DNA of 64,000 nt from contig NC_090373.1 in the NCBI RefSeq assembly GCF_036365525.1, positions 104,035,692-104,099,691 on the forward strand, read 5' to 3'. The first letter of the stretch is position 1; each line of letters opens with the position of its first letter. Shown here one piece after another: positions 62,424-64,000 of this stretch. Made by a program: the position numbers and the translations under genes. Source of the stretch: Heterodontus francisci. Lineage: Eukaryota. The notes under the pieces were generated by a model, which was not told where the DNA came from, searched no databases, and saw only the letters and a list, made by a program, of their open reading frames with translations.

Positions 62424-62688
62424 GAGCGGACCTGATGGGAGAACACCGAGAGAGAAGTTGATAAATAGAGCCCGTGCATCGCGACCTAGACACTTACCTT
62501 CCGAGGGCGGAGATGAGCGGACCTGAGAGGAAAACGCCGAGAGAGGAGCAGATAAATAGAGCTGGAGGATCGCGGCCTGGACACTTACCTTCTGGGAGCA
62601 GAGCGGACCTGAGGAGAGAACACCGAGAGAGGAGCGGATAAATAGAGCCGGAGGATCGTGGCCTGGACACTTACCTTCCAGGAGCGGA
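62424..62688 (+). repeat. Three about 86-91-bp CpG-rich tandem monomers at the 5' end of a CR1 element
   Basis: Units start at 62424, 62515 and 62601 (gagcggacctga...ataaatagagc...gacacttacctt). Confidence 0.88.
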
Positions 62689-64000
62689 GTCCAAGTGCTC
62701 CGGAGTTTTGAAAAAGGAAGGAAAAAAGTCAACAGTGACATTACAGGAAAGCTGCAAGGTGATTGTTTGGGGAAGTAACAGCTGCTAGTGCCTGTAAATA
62801 GATTAAAAAAGGGAACATTCTTTTTTGAAAAAAACTCCTCAAAACTTACCATATAAGTGATATAGTTAGTACTATTAAAATGTGTTTTTTTTTTAATTAG
62901 TGTAATTTATTAAGGACTTTTGATTGTAGTTGTAGTGTTTGGAGTAGAACAAGTCCCCTAGCCTAATAGTATTTTTTAATTAAAGGGAGTAACTAAGTAA
63001 TCTAAAGGTAAGTCATGGCAGGAGAGCTCGCACCCATGATATGCTCCTCCTGCGCTATGTGGGAAATCAGGGATGCTTCCAGTGTCCCTGACGACCATCT
63101 GTGCAGGAAGTGTATCGATCTGCAGCTACTGGCTACCTGGATTACAGAGCTGGAGCTGCGGGTAGATTCACTGTGGAGCATCCGCGATGCTGAGGACGTC
63201 GTGGAAAGCACGTTTAGCGAGGTGGTCACACCGCAGGCAAATGCTGCAAAGGCAGGAAGGGAATGGGTGACCACCAGGCAGGGTAGAGGAAGGCAGGTAG
63301 TGCAGGAGTCCCCTGTAGCCATCCCCCTCTCTAACATATATACTGCTTTGGATATTGTTGGGGGAGATGGTTCAGGGGAAAGCAGCAAGAGCCAAGTTCA
63401 TGGCACCATGGGTGGTTCAGCTGCACAGGAGGGTAGGAAGAAGAGTAGCAGGGTTACAGTGATAGGGGATTCAATCGTAAAGGGTACACATAGGCGTTTC
63501 TGTGGCCACAAACGTGACTCCAGGATGATATGTTGCCTCCCTGGTGCTAGGGTCAAGGATGTCATGGAGCAGCTGCAGAACATTCTGAAGTGGGGGGTGA
63601 ACAGTCAGAGGTCGTGGTACACATTGGTACCAACGACATAGATAGAAAGAGGGATGTGGTTCTGCAACAAGAATTTAGGGAGCTAGGCAGCAGATTAAAA
63701 AGCAGGACCTCAAAGGTTGTAATCTCTGGATTACTCCCGAAGCCACGTGCTAGTGAGTATAGGAATAGGAGGATAGAGCAGATGAATGCGTGTGTGAAGA
63801 GATGGCACAGGAGGGAGGGCTTTAGTTTCCTGGATCACTGGGTCTGTTTCTGGTGAAGGTGGGACCTGTACAAGTTGGATGGGTTGCACCTGAACCGGAA
63901 CGGGATCAACATCCTTGCTAGGAGGTTTGCTAGTGATGTTTGAGGGGTGGGGGGTGCAGTTTAAATTAATTTGGCAGGGGGATGGGATACAGAGTGGAGG
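62424..64000 (+). mobile_element. CR1 LINE 5' end: 5' UTR and ORF1 (zinc finger/coiled coil + SGNH esterase), frameshifted; runs off window end
   Basis: ORF 63015-63641 CSSCAMW..CRKC, IGDSIV; 63590-63856 VHIGTNDI..ISGLLP; DGLHLN after a premature stop. Confidence 0.92.

Noticed and set aside
62424-62688. Tandem units resembling a CRISPR-like array
   Set aside because: Whole units are homologous with no unique spacers; the context is eukaryotic and directly upstream of a LINE ORF1

Overview
Vertebrate genomic DNA, most likely from a shark or other cartilaginous fish, inferred from the repeat content (V-SINE/HE1-type and Deu-type SINEs, two CR1-group LINE families, Penelope-like repeats). Three host genes were reconstructed by hand. 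TRMT11 lies on the minus strand with coding exons 1-11 at 44609 down to 14103; its last exons were not found and probably lie left of the window. HINT3 is complete on the minus strand (5 coding exons, 60045 down to 51691, about 220 aa) and has an unusual 36-bp tandem-repeat-encoded N-terminus. Between them, on the plus strand, is a compact single-coding-exon ABRA/STARS-like Costars-domain gene (46274-46738). Most of the rest is transposon-derived: CR1-group LINEs (two with zinc-finger/esterase ORF1), solo LTRs, MITE-like elements and SINEs. The most striking non-genic signal is about 10 copies of a short Penelope-like terminal repeat carrying a minimal hammerhead-ribozyme core (CUGAUGA...GAAAC-GUU). 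Several copies are hairpin insertions with 13-15-bp target-site duplications, one is a perfect 190-bp palindrome, and one is attached to a GIY-YIG endonuclease remnant. Gene identities rest on protein similarity recalled from memory, not database searches; transposon boundaries are approximate unless a TSD is cited.
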